Of a DNA stretch of 64,000 nucleotides, positions 21,278 to 30,486 are shown in pieces. How positions within the stretch are numbered: the stretch's first letter is position 1; each line of letters starts with the position of its first letter. Both the position numbers and the translations under genes were made by a program. The DNA lies in the NCBI GenBank assembly GCA_965232515.1, contig CBDDPY010000002.1, positions 5,248,001 through 5,312,000 of the forward strand, in the 5' to 3' direction. The notes under the pieces are model-generated. The model did no database searches, had not been told where the DNA came from, and saw only the letters and a program-made list of their open reading frames with translations. This DNA comes from Alphaproteobacteria bacterium (GTDB taxonomy: Bacteria > Pseudomonadota > Alphaproteobacteria > GCA-2731375).

Positions 21278-22423
21278 GTGACCCACGATCCGGATCGCTT
21301 CGAGCGCAACTTCATCGGCGGCCATTGGGTCTTCACCCGCGAGGGCTACGACTTCGACATCTACGATCCGTCCAACAGCCGGGTCATCGGAACCGTGCCG
21401 CTGTCGTCGCGCTTCGACGTCGCCCGCGCCGTCGCCGCGGCCGAGGCGGCGCTGCCGGACTGGTCGGGACGCGCGGCCGCCGACCGCGCCGCCATCGTCT
21501 TCCGCGCCATATCGCTGATGGAGGCGGATCTCGACGCCATCGCCGCGCTCGAAGCCCGCGACACCGGCCTGCCGGTCATCCAGGCTCGCGCCGAGATCGC
21601 GGCCGCGCTGGCCCGGGCCGGCACGACGCGGCAAGCCGCGTCGCGGCCCGCCGGCGTGGTCGGCCAGATTCTGTCCTGGAGTGGCCCGTTCGCGCATGCC
21701 TGCCGCACGCTGCTGCCGGCGCTCGCCGATGGCGACGCGGTCGTCGTCAAACCGTCGCTGCGGGCGCCCCTGTCGCTCGTCCGGTTCGCCGAAAGCCTGC
21801 AGGCGACCGGCCTCCCGGCCGGCGTTCTCAATCTGGTGCAGGGCACGGGCATCGACGTGGGCGCCGCGCTCGCCGCGCATGCCGGCCTGTCCGAGCTCGG
21901 TTTCCAGGGCTCGCGCCAGACCGGCAGGAGCGTCACGCGCGCCGCGGCAAACAACGACACACCCTTGCAGTCCGCCTTCCGCCACCCTGTCCGGACAATC
22001 GTGCAGGCCGACACCGACCTCGATGCGACGATCGGTGACATCGCCGACAGAACTCTGGGCCACGCCGCGCGTGCCGGCTATGGCGGCCAGATCGTCCAGA
22101 TCGCGCCATCCCGCATTGATGACCTGATGACCGGGCTAACAGGGATCTTCGATGCCGTGCGCTACGACACCGCGTCGCAAGGATCGGGCTCGATCGCGCC
22201 CATGATCGCCGAGACCTACCGCGACGCGCGGCGGGCGCTGTTGGACGAATTCCGCGAGGCGGGCGTCGAAACGCTACATACCGGCCCGGAACCGTCGGCC
22301 CGGATCGCGCGCATGGGCTGGTTCGTGCCGCCGGTGATCCTGCGCGACGACGCGCAAACCATCGACATCGACGGCGATCAGCCTCTTGGGCCCACCGTGA
22401 TCCTACGAGTGCTCGCCGGTTAG
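21278..22423 (+). CDS. Aldehyde dehydrogenase-fold protein, catalytic residues apparently absent
   Basis: ALDH N-terminal and Rossmann features (NFIGGHW, VVVKPS, LPAGVLNLVQG, FQGSRQTG) but no PWN, ELGG or GQxC motifs. Confidence 0.75.
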   Translation: MTHDPDRFERNFIGGHWVFTREGYDFDIYDPSNSRVIGTVPLSSRFDVARAVAAAEAALPDWSGRAAADRAAIVFRAISLMEADLDAIAALEARDTGLPVIQARAEIAAALARAGTTRQAASRPAGVVGQILSWSGPFAHACRTLLPALADGDAVVVKPSLRAPLSLVRFAESLQATGLPAGVLNLVQGTGIDVGAALAAHAGLSELGFQGSRQTGRSVTRAAANNDTPLQSAFRHPVRTIVQADTDLDATIGDIADRTLGHAARAGYGGQIVQIAPSRIDDLMTGLTGIFDAVRYDTASQGSGSIAPMIAETYRDARRALLDEFREAGVETLHTGPEPSARIARMGWFVPPVILRDDAQTIDIDGDQPLGPTVILRVLAG

Positions 22424-24087
22424 TTCCGGCTTTCCAGCAGGCGGCGGGCGATGACCTGGGCCTGGATCTCGCCGGCGCCCTCGAAGATGTTGAGGATGCG
22501 GGCGTCGCAGAGCACGCGGCTGATCGGGTATTCCAGCGCGAAGCCGTTGCCGCCGTGGATCTGCAGCGCGTTGTCGGCCGACGACCAGGCGACCCGCGCG
22601 GCCAGCAGCTTGGCCATGCCGGCCTCCAGATCGCAGCGTCGGTCCTGATCCTTCTCGCGGGCCGAGAAATAGACGAGTTGGCGCGCCATCATGGTCTCGA
22701 CCGCCATCCAGGCGAGCTTGCCGTGCACGCGCGGGAACTCGAAGATGGCGCCGCCGAACTGCTGCCGCTCGTTGGCGTAGGCGAGCCCTAAATCGATGGC
22801 GCTCTGAGCAACGCCGACGGCGCGCGCCGCGGTCTGGATGCGGGCCGACTCGAAGGTCGCCATCAGCTGCTTGAAGCCGTGGCCCTCCTGGCCGCCCAGC
22901 AAGTTTTCGGCTTTCACTTCGAATCCGTCGAAGCCGAGCTCGTATTCCTTCATGCCGCGATAGCCCAGCACCTCGATCTCGCCGCCCGTCATGCCGGCGG
23001 CCGGGAACGGCTCGGCGTCGGTGCCGCGCGGCTTCTCGGCCAGGAACATCGACAGGCCGCGATAGCCGGCCTCGTCCGGATCGGTCCGGGCCAGCAACGT
23101 CATCAGGTCGGCGCGCGCCGCGTGCGTGATCCAGGTCTTGTTGCCGGTGACCTTGTAGACCTCGCCGTCGCGCACCGCGCGCGTGCGCAGGCTGGCGAGA
23201 TCCGAGCCGGTATTGGGCTCGGTGAACACTGCCGTCGGCAGGATCTCGCCGCTGGCGATCTTCGGCAGCCATTTTTGCTTCTGTTCCTCGGTGCCGCCGC
23301 ACATGATCAGCTCGGCGGCGATCTCCGAGCGGGTGCCCAGCGAGCCGACGCCGATATAGCCGCGGCAGAGCTCCTCCGAGACCACGCACATCGCCATCTT
23401 GCCCATGCCGTGGCCGCCATAAGCTTCCGGGATCGTCAGGCCGAACACGCCGAGTTCATTCATCCGCTCGATCACGTCCATGGGGATCAGCTTGTCGCCC
23501 AGGTGCCAGTCGTGCGCGTCGGGGGTGACGTGGTCGACGGTGAAGCGGCGGAACTGGTCGCGCACCATGACCATGGTGTCGTCGAGGCCGTCCTCGCCGA
23601 AATGGCCGTCGCGGATCAACTCGCCGATGCGGCCGCGGACCGCCGCCGTGTTGCCGTTGCGGATCAGCTCGGCCACCGCCTCGGTCCAGAAGGCGTGGAT
23701 CTCGTCGTCGCTCAGGCCCAGGTCGGCCGGACGCACGACCTCGACCTGGCTCATCGCGATGCCGCCGGCCATCTCGGCCAGATAGCCTCCGAAGCCGGCC
23801 CGCAGCATCAGGCTCTCCAGCTCGCCGAACCGGCCCTCAGCCTGCAGGCGCTCGGCCCAGGCCAGCGACTGACGCAGCGCTTCGAGATAGGTCGCGTACC
23901 AGGCGAAGCCGTGTACGGCGAACTGCTGCTGGTTGATCAGGCCCGCGTCGATCCGGCCGTCGCGGCCGACCAGCGTGCGCAGCCGCTGGCGCGCAGCCTC
24001 GACCAGCCGCTCGGCCGCGTTCAGCACCTCGCGATAGGTGGCGGGAATGTCGTGCGCGTGCGTGTCCGAGGCCGGTTGGAGCGACAT
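22420..24087 (-). CDS. mcd: (2S)-methylsuccinyl-CoA dehydrogenase (acyl-CoA dehydrogenase)
   Basis: 555 aa with N-terminal extension HGFAWYATYLEALRQ; AVFTEPNTGSDL, VLGYRGMKEY, IFEGAGEIQ. Confidence 0.82.
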   Translation of the reverse strand: MSLQPASDTHAHDIPATYREVLNAAERLVEAARQRLRTLVGRDGRIDAGLINQQQFAVHGFAWYATYLEALRQSLAWAERLQAEGRFGELESLMLRAGFGGYLAEMAGGIAMSQVEVVRPADLGLSDDEIHAFWTEAVAELIRNGNTAAVRGRIGELIRDGHFGEDGLDDTMVMVRDQFRRFTVDHVTPDAHDWHLGDKLIPMDVIERMNELGVFGLTIPEAYGGHGMGKMAMCVVSEELCRGYIGVGSLGTRSEIAAELIMCGGTEEQKQKWLPKIASGEILPTAVFTEPNTGSDLASLRTRAVRDGEVYKVTGNKTWITHAARADLMTLLARTDPDEAGYRGLSMFLAEKPRGTDAEPFPAAGMTGGEIEVLGYRGMKEYELGFDGFEVKAENLLGGQEGHGFKQLMATFESARIQTAARAVGVAQSAIDLGLAYANERQQFGGAIFEFPRVHGKLAWMAVETMMARQLVYFSAREKDQDRRCDLEAGMAKLLAARVAWSSADNALQIHGGNGFALEYPISRVLCDARILNIFEGAGEIQAQVIARRLLESRN

Positions 24088-24461
24088 GGGCGGAATCCTT
24101 TTTGAACAACTGTTTTCTAATTTACCGCCATGGACTGGTGTCGCACCAGGGACGCGGCAACGATGAGTCTAATATAGGGCAAACGAGCGCGCGACCGCAC
24201 GAACCCGGGCATTTGGTTAAAAAATCGCAAAAAACCGGGATTGTTGTGACGGGTGTCACTGGCCGCGAGGATTGCTTGCGCCAATCTACCAAGCGTACCC
24301 GATGAGTGTCGTCAAGCGGTCCCCGAGGGACCCCCCAACCCCGAAGGGGACCGTCAGAGTAAGCGTAAAATTGCGTACCCCGATAGTAAGTTGATCGCGA
24401 GCGCATGACCTCCGCGCCCGTGTGTAAAGCGCCGAAGAGATCCCTCCCTCGGCGCGCGTAC

Positions 24462-24500
24462 AGCCCGGCCGTTCCCCCCAAGGCGGCCGGGCTTTTCATT
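24462..24500 (+). terminator. Intrinsic terminator in the leader of the ACT-domain gene
   Basis: AGCCCGGCCG-loop-CGGCCGGGCT followed by TTTCATT. Confidence 0.7.
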
Positions 24501-24659
24501 GCCTCCTGACCACCGATCTCGACTTCTCGGGCCGATTCTGCTAGTATTCATCCATGCTTTTGGACCACAGCCCCGTGGGCGCGATTGCGCGAATTACGGG
24601 CCCGGCCATGTCAGGTGGCCGGGACGTTTTCGTTCGCCGCAATTCCAGCCCCACGGAGT

Positions 24660-24989
24660 ATGTCGTCCATGTCGTTGCAATCGGCTGAGTACAGCCCCAA
24701 CCCACCCTCTCTGAACCCGACCGAGCCGGCCTATCGCTTTTGCGTGCGTTCGGCCGTCGATCCGTCCGTGCTGTCGCGCGTCGTCGAGCTGTTCGCGCTG
24801 CGCAATCTCGTGCCGCACGCCGTTTCAAGCCGCCTCGACGGCCGGCGCGAGCCGGAGCTGCGCATCGATGTCGATGTCTGCGGCCTGGCCGACAACGAGG
24901 CCGAACACATCGCCCGGCGCATCGACCAGTTCATGCCGGTGATCAGCGTCCTGCTGGAACGCGACGAGGCGGTCCGGGCCAGCGCCTGA
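24660..24989 (+). CDS. Small ACT-like domain protein
   Basis: FCVRSAVDPSVLSRVVELFALRNL resembles ACT/IlvM-like beta-alpha start; ATG at 24660 or 24669. Confidence 0.65.
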   Translation: MSSMSLQSAEYSPNPPSLNPTEPAYRFCVRSAVDPSVLSRVVELFALRNLVPHAVSSRLDGRREPELRIDVDVCGLADNEAEHIARRIDQFMPVISVLLERDEAVRASA

Positions 24990-25059
24990 CGCTTTGCCAC
25001 CACGTCGCGGGTCGATATCGCATGCTTCGAGACGGGTCCTTCGGACCCTCCTCAGGATG

Positions 25060-26234
25060 GAGACCTTTGCACGGTTTTGGGAAGCGTGATTCACTGACGG
25101 TATAGGGGCTGTCGGTGAGGGTTTGAGATGTCTCGCAAGCGTGTTGGTCAGCTGGGGTTTGAGGACGCGGTTGTCGAGGCGCGGCTTGGCGCTCGGTTCG
25201 ATCGGCTGTCGAAGATCAATGATCTTGTGGACTGGCGGCCGTTTGAGGCGCTGCTGGAGGGGCTTTATCCGTCGCGTCGGGGCGAGCCGTCTTATCCGGC
25301 GCTGATCATGTTCAAGGTGCTGCTGTTGCAGCGCTGGTACAATCTGTCGGATCCGATGATGGAGGAGGCGTTGGCGGACCGGATCTCGTTCCGTCGGTTT
25401 GTCGGTCTGAGCCTGAGCGATCCGGTTCCCGATCACTCGACGATCCACCGTTTCCGGGACCGTCTACGCGGGGCGGCGCGTCTTGAGGCGCTGATGGGGG
25501 AGTTGTCGCGTCAGCTCGAAGCGCACCAGGTCGTGCTCAAACAAGGCACGTTGATTGATGCCAGCCTGGTGAGCAGCGCGGCGCGGCGGCCTCGGATCAA
25601 GGAAGGCCGGACCAGCCGGACCGATCCGGATGCGCGCTTTGGCACCAACAACGAGCGCCGGCGCTATAGCTTTGGCTACAAGCTGCATGTGGCCGTGGAT
25701 CAGGGCTCGGCGCTGATCCGCGGCCTGTTTCTGACGCCGGCCAATCGCCAGGAGATCGACTTTGCCGCCGATTTGGTTCAGGGCGACGAGCAGGCCGTCT
25801 ATGCCGACCGTGGTTATGACGCCCGGCGCCTGCGCGATCATCTGGCGGCGCTCGGCATCGCCGACGGGGTCATGCGCCATGCCCGTAAAGGCAGGCCGCT
25901 CAACGCCGAAGAGACCGCCCGGAACCACCGGCTGGTGGCCCGGCGCCGACCGGTCGAGAAGATCTTCGGCACCCTCAAACGAAGCTACCGCCTCAGCCGC
26001 CTGCCGCATTTCAGCCAAGCACGCAACGAAGTCACCGTCACGCTCGCCTGTTTCGCCTACAACCTGCGACGCCTCGCCGTCCTCTGCGCAACTTGAGGCC
26101 GCTCGATATCGACCTCATCGACAGCAAACAGGCCTCAAGCCGGTCAGCGGCTCGAAAACAGGCGCGATCGCCGCTAACAACCCAGCGCCAAGCTCGAACA
26201 TAGCGACAAACAACACCTACCGTGCAAAGGTCTC
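25060..26234 (+). mobile_element. IS5-family insertion sequence
   Basis: Terminal IRs GAGACCTTTGCACGGT / ACCGTGCAAAGGTCTC flank a single transposase; flanks CAGGATG / CAGCATG. Confidence 0.9.
25128..26096 (+). CDS. IS5 family transposase
   Basis: LLLQRWYNLSD, VPDHSTI.RFR, IDAS, FGYKLH, YADRGY, RRPVEKIFG.LK (DDE). Confidence 0.93.
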   Translation: MSRKRVGQLGFEDAVVEARLGARFDRLSKINDLVDWRPFEALLEGLYPSRRGEPSYPALIMFKVLLLQRWYNLSDPMMEEALADRISFRRFVGLSLSDPVPDHSTIHRFRDRLRGAARLEALMGELSRQLEAHQVVLKQGTLIDASLVSSAARRPRIKEGRTSRTDPDARFGTNNERRRYSFGYKLHVAVDQGSALIRGLFLTPANRQEIDFAADLVQGDEQAVYADRGYDARRLRDHLAALGIADGVMRHARKGRPLNAEETARNHRLVARRRPVEKIFGTLKRSYRLSRLPHFSQARNEVTVTLACFAYNLRRLAVLCAT

Positions 26235-26336
26235 CAGCATGAGGTAAGGCATTGATGTCAAACCCAAACCTCATCCTGAGGAACGCCCGTCAGGGCGTGT
26301 CTCGAAGGATGCGCTATCGGGTTCCGATCTGAGTCG

Positions 26337-27188
26337 TTAACCCAGGCCGGCCATCCGCCTGACGTCGTCGGCGCTGGCGCCGGCGGCGCGCAACTCCTGC
26401 AAGGTTTGCGCGCGGTCACGCTTCGACAACCGCTGTCCCTCGGCGTTGGTCAGCAGGGCGTGGTGCCGGTAGGCCGGTGTCGGCAGGTCCAGCAGCGCCT
26501 GCAGCAGCCGATGCACGTGCGTCGCATGGAACAGGTCGCGGCCGCGGATCACGTGCGAGATGCCTTGCAACGCATCGTCCACCGTCACCGATAGATGATA
26601 GCTGGTCGGCGTGTCCTTGCGGGCCAGCACCACATCACCCAGGGGACGCGGATCGCAGGCCATCATGCCGGCATCGACATCGTGCCAGGTCAGGCCGTCG
26701 CCGGCCGTCTCGAGCGCCATTTCCAGGTCCAGCCGCAAGGCGAAGGCGTTGCCGGCCGCGATCCGCAGCGCCCGTTCCTCGGCTGAGCGCTGCCGGCAGG
26801 TGCCCGGATAGATCGGTCCATCGGGCCCATGCGGCGCGTTTGCGCTGCGGGCGATCTCGGCGGCGATGTCCTTGCGCGTGCAGAAGCAGGGATAGAGCAG
26901 CCCCATGGCGTCCAGCCGGTCCAGACGCTCGGCGAAATCCGCGAAATGATCGGACTGCCGGCGCACCGGCTCTTCCCATGTCAGACCGAGCCAGGCGAGG
27001 TCATCGAAGATGGCCTGCTCGAATTCCGGCCGGCAGCGGCCGGCATCGATATCCTCGATCCGCAGCAGGAACCGGCCATCCGACGCCCGCGCCGCATTGA
27101 AGGCGGTGAGCGCCGAGAAGGCGTGGCCCAGATGCAGATAGCCCGTCGGGCTGGGGGCGAAGCGGGTGACGAAAGCGGTATCCGACAT
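26337..27188 (-). CDS. gluQ: Glutamyl-Q tRNA(Asp) synthetase
   Basis: TRFAPSPTGYLHLGH, LRIEDID, YPCFCTR, LSKRD; short, no anticodon-binding domain. Confidence 0.9.
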   Translation of the reverse strand: MSDTAFVTRFAPSPTGYLHLGHAFSALTAFNAARASDGRFLLRIEDIDAGRCRPEFEQAIFDDLAWLGLTWEEPVRRQSDHFADFAERLDRLDAMGLLYPCFCTRKDIAAEIARSANAPHGPDGPIYPGTCRQRSAEERALRIAAGNAFALRLDLEMALETAGDGLTWHDVDAGMMACDPRPLGDVVLARKDTPTSYHLSVTVDDALQGISHVIRGRDLFHATHVHRLLQALLDLPTPAYRHHALLTNAEGQRLSKRDRAQTLQELRAAGASADDVRRMAGLG

Positions 27189-27248
27189 AGGGTGACAGAC
27201 TAGCAAAGGCTGGCTATGTCTTCAGGCACGCTAGTGTCAGGAGTAGGC

Positions 27249-28142
27249 ATGCCGACAGACAAGATCCAGGTTTTGGTCGCGGGCTCGGGGGTCATGGGCC
27301 GCGGCATTGCCGCGACGTTCGCCCGCGCCGGCATGGCGACCGCCGTGCTGTCCCGCAACCCCGGTGGCGTCAGCGGTCTCGATCCGGCCGTGCAGGTGAT
27401 CGCCGATCTGCCGGCGGACGCGCCGGAGCTGATTGTCGAGTCCGTGCCGGAAGTCGTCGACACCAAGCGCGAACTCTATGACCGCATCGAGACCGCCTAT
27501 GACGGCGCGGCGATCCTCGGCTCGAACACCTCGGGCCTGCCGTTGCAGGATCTCGCCGACGGCCTCACGCATCCCGAACGCTTTCTCGGTCTGCACTACA
27601 TGCAGCCGGCGGACGTCATGCCCGTGGTCGAGGTGGCGCGGGTCGGGCAAACGCGGCCAGAGGTCCTGAACCGGGCGGTCGCGCTCGTCGAGGCCAGCGG
27701 CCGCGACGCGATCGTGCTGCAGCGGCCGGTGCCCGGCCTGCTGATCAACCGCATTCAGCACGCCATCCTGCACGAGGCCTACAGCCTGATCGAAGCCGGG
27801 ATCGTCACCGCGGCCGACGTCGACCGGGTCGCGAAGGAACTGCTCGGCCCGCGCATGGCCGTCACCGGCCTGATTCAGCAAAAGGACATCAGCGGCCTCG
27901 ATACGCACGCGCTGGCGCAGGCGGCGATCGTGCCGGATCTGCACCACGGCGATGCGCCGCTCGCCGTGGTCCAGGACAAGGCGCGCGACAACCGCCTTGG
28001 GGTCAAGACCGGCACCGGCTTCTACGACTGGCGTAACATCGACGTCGACGCGCACCGCAGCCAGGCCGCCGAACTGCTGACCCGGATCATCGATCTGGCG
28101 GCGCGGCAACGACCCACATCGCCGCCGCTGGCCGGCGACTGA
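27249..28142 (+). CDS. 3-hydroxyacyl-CoA dehydrogenase family protein
   Basis: GSGVMGRGIA, ESVPE, SNTSG, GLHYMQP, LGVKTGTGFYDW. Confidence 0.88.
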   Translation: MPTDKIQVLVAGSGVMGRGIAATFARAGMATAVLSRNPGGVSGLDPAVQVIADLPADAPELIVESVPEVVDTKRELYDRIETAYDGAAILGSNTSGLPLQDLADGLTHPERFLGLHYMQPADVMPVVEVARVGQTRPEVLNRAVALVEASGRDAIVLQRPVPGLLINRIQHAILHEAYSLIEAGIVTAADVDRVAKELLGPRMAVTGLIQQKDISGLDTHALAQAAIVPDLHHGDAPLAVVQDKARDNRLGVKTGTGFYDWRNIDVDAHRSQAAELLTRIIDLAARQRPTSPPLAGD

Positions 28143-28215
28143 ACCCCGTCGGTTTGAAAAATTTACCGCCAATCGGCTATGAAGGCGGCCTGGTAAGGCT
28201 CGGAGGGAAAGCTTT

Positions 28216-28884
28216 ATGGCCAGCATGGTCAAAATCGACGGCCCGCGCCGCCCGCCCGCGAATGGGCAGCCGGCGGCGAAGCTGGTCATTCTGCTGCACG
28301 GCTATGGGGCCGACGGTGAGGATCTGATCGGCCTGGCGCCGCATCTGGCCCGCGTTCTGCCCGACGCCGTCTTCGTCTCGCCGCACGCGCCCGAGCCCTG
28401 CGGCATGAATCCGGCCGGCCGGCAGTGGTTCGGTATCTCCACCTTCGCGCAGGACGAGCGCATCGCCGGCGCGGAGCGCGCTGCGCCGATTTTGAACGCC
28501 TTCATCGATGCCGAGCTTGCCCGCTATGGCCTGAGCGACCGGGATCTGGCGCTGATCGGCTTCAGTCAGGGCACCATGATGTCGCTGCACGTTGCGCTCA
28601 GGCGCGAACGGCCGATCGCCGGCGTGCTCGGCTATTCCGGCGCGCTGGTCGGCCCGGACACGCTCGCCGACGAAATCACCGCCCGGCCGCCGGTGCTGCT
28701 GGTGCATGGCGACCGCGACGAGATGCTGCCCGTCGAGTCGCTGTTCGAGGCGGTGCAGGGGCTCGGCGCCGCCGACGTCAAGACCGAGTGGCACATCAGC
28801 CAGGGCGTCGGCCATTCCATCGCCCAGGACGGCCTGGTGCTGGGCGCACAGTTCCTGAAGCGCGTGTTGACCAGGCCGGCCTGA
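28216..28884 (+). CDS. Phospholipase/carboxylesterase
   Basis: LLHGYGADG, GFSQG, HGDRD, GHSI. Confidence 0.9.
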   Translation: MASMVKIDGPRRPPANGQPAAKLVILLHGYGADGEDLIGLAPHLARVLPDAVFVSPHAPEPCGMNPAGRQWFGISTFAQDERIAGAERAAPILNAFIDAELARYGLSDRDLALIGFSQGTMMSLHVALRRERPIAGVLGYSGALVGPDTLADEITARPPVLLVHGDRDEMLPVESLFEAVQGLGAADVKTEWHISQGVGHSIAQDGLVLGAQFLKRVLTRPA

Positions 28885-28920
28885 GCGCCGCGTCGAATAA
28901 GAGAAACGCAGGACAGCGTC

Positions 28921-29808
28921 ATGAGCAGCTCGATCCCCGGCCCAACCTCGCACTCATACTATTCGCAGCGCCTGCGCCTGCACTATGTCGACTGGGGCAA
29001 CGAGGGGGCGCCGCCGCTGCTGATGGTGCATGGCGGGCGCGACCATTGCCGCAACTGGGACTGGGTCGCAGAAGCCATGCGCGACGACTATCACATCATC
29101 GCGCCCGACCTGCGCGGTCATGGCGACTCGCAATGGATGCTCGGCGGCACCTACGGCCAGCTCGACTTCGTCTACGACATCGCCCAGCTCGTGCATCAGA
29201 AAAACCTGGCGCCGGTCACCATCCTCAGCCATTCGCTGGGCGGCATGATCAGCCTGCAATATGCCGGCCTCTATCCCGAGAACGTGAAGAAGCTCGTCGC
29301 TATCGAAGGCCTCGGCTTCTCGCCCAAACGGTTGGCCGAACGCGAGGCCAAGCCGCTTTCCGACCGGCTCGAAGAATGGGTCGACACCATGCGCGGCCTG
29401 TCGGGCCGGGTGCCGCGCCGCTACGTCAGCCTGGAAGAGGCGTTCCAGCGTATGCAGACCGAAAACCCGCATCTGACCCCGGATCAGGCCCGGCATCTGA
29501 CCATCCACGGCAGCAGCCAGAACGAGGACGGCAGCTATAGCTGGAAGTTCGACAACTACGTGCGGGCCTGGCCGCCCTACGGCCTCAGCCAGGACGAGCT
29601 GCACGGGCTGTGGTCGCGCATCGCCTGCCCGACGCTGCTGATCCGCGGTACCGAGAGCTGGGCCAGCGACCCGGTCGAGGACGGCCGGGCGGCGCACTTC
29701 CGCAACGCCACCGTCGTCAACGTCGAGGAGGCCGGCCACTGGGTGCACCACGACAAGCTCGACGAGTTCCTCGGCCTGGTCCGCGATTTCCTGGCCGACG
29801 ACGGCTGA
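28921..29808 (+). CDS. Alpha/beta hydrolase
   Basis: VHGG, DLRGHGDS, SHSLGG, AGHWVHHD. Confidence 0.9.
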   Translation: MSSSIPGPTSHSYYSQRLRLHYVDWGNEGAPPLLMVHGGRDHCRNWDWVAEAMRDDYHIIAPDLRGHGDSQWMLGGTYGQLDFVYDIAQLVHQKNLAPVTILSHSLGGMISLQYAGLYPENVKKLVAIEGLGFSPKRLAEREAKPLSDRLEEWVDTMRGLSGRVPRRYVSLEEAFQRMQTENPHLTPDQARHLTIHGSSQNEDGSYSWKFDNYVRAWPPYGLSQDELHGLWSRIACPTLLIRGTESWASDPVEDGRAAHFRNATVVNVEEAGHWVHHDKLDEFLGLVRDFLADDG

Positions 29809-29889
29809 TCGAAGCCGTTTCGGGGCGGACGTCAGGCAAGCAAGTGGCCGCGTCGGCGACGATCCGGCCTCGCGCGATGCCGCGACGGA

Positions 29890-30486
29890 TCAGCCGAACG
29901 ACGTCGTCTCCGATTCCAGGATATGCCGGGTGAGATCGCCGGTCTTAAGCAAGGCCGCCTCGCGGAGCTTCCACCAGGCCGCGAAGTAGGTCTGAAACGA
30001 CTCGTTGGTCGTCCAAATCTGCTCGTGGTCCAGCATCACGGACCAATCCGTTGCCTGCTCAGAAAAGAAGCTCCGCAATTCATCGAGGACCTGACCGCGA
30101 TACGGCTGGCTGAATGTGCCGGAAAGGCGATACAGCGCCGACACGGCCTCGGAAAGAGACGCCCATTCCGTTGCGATACCGGGGTTACGGAATTGACCGC
30201 GAAGCTCACTCGCCAACGTCGCTCGCCGGACCTCCCATTCCTGATACGCCGCGTCATAGGTGTCTTGCTCGATGGATTTTCGTTCCGCGAGCTGGACGGT
30301 CAGCAGGAACTTCACGACGGCTTCGGTGACCTCACTGGCAAATCGGGTCTTTGACTCAACGGCTTTCTGGTGGTCCTGCCAGCGCTTGGTGAAGCGGGGT
30401 ATCAGATAGGCGGAGACCAATCCCGTCGCCAGCACCAGAAACAGCGGATGCCGCAGAATTTCGTCAATGGTCTGAAACGCTTGCAT
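29890..30486 (-). CDS. Hypothetical protein with N-terminal TM helix
   Basis: ATG at 30486 after AAGGG; hydrophobic PLFLVLATGLVSAYLI then a helical domain; codon usage unlike neighbours. Confidence 0.6.
   Translation of the reverse strand: MQAFQTIDEILRHPLFLVLATGLVSAYLIPRFTKRWQDHQKAVESKTRFASEVTEAVVKFLLTVQLAERKSIEQDTYDAAYQEWEVRRATLASELRGQFRNPGIATEWASLSEAVSALYRLSGTFSQPYRGQVLDELRSFFSEQATDWSVMLDHEQIWTTNESFQTYFAAWWKLREAALLKTGDLTRHILESETTSFG

Larger units (their letters stand above)
25013..26321. repeat. REP-like doublet interrupted by the IS
   Basis: Left unit 25013-25059 plus 26235-26244, inverted unit 26269-26321; same family as 2188-2302. Confidence 0.7.
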
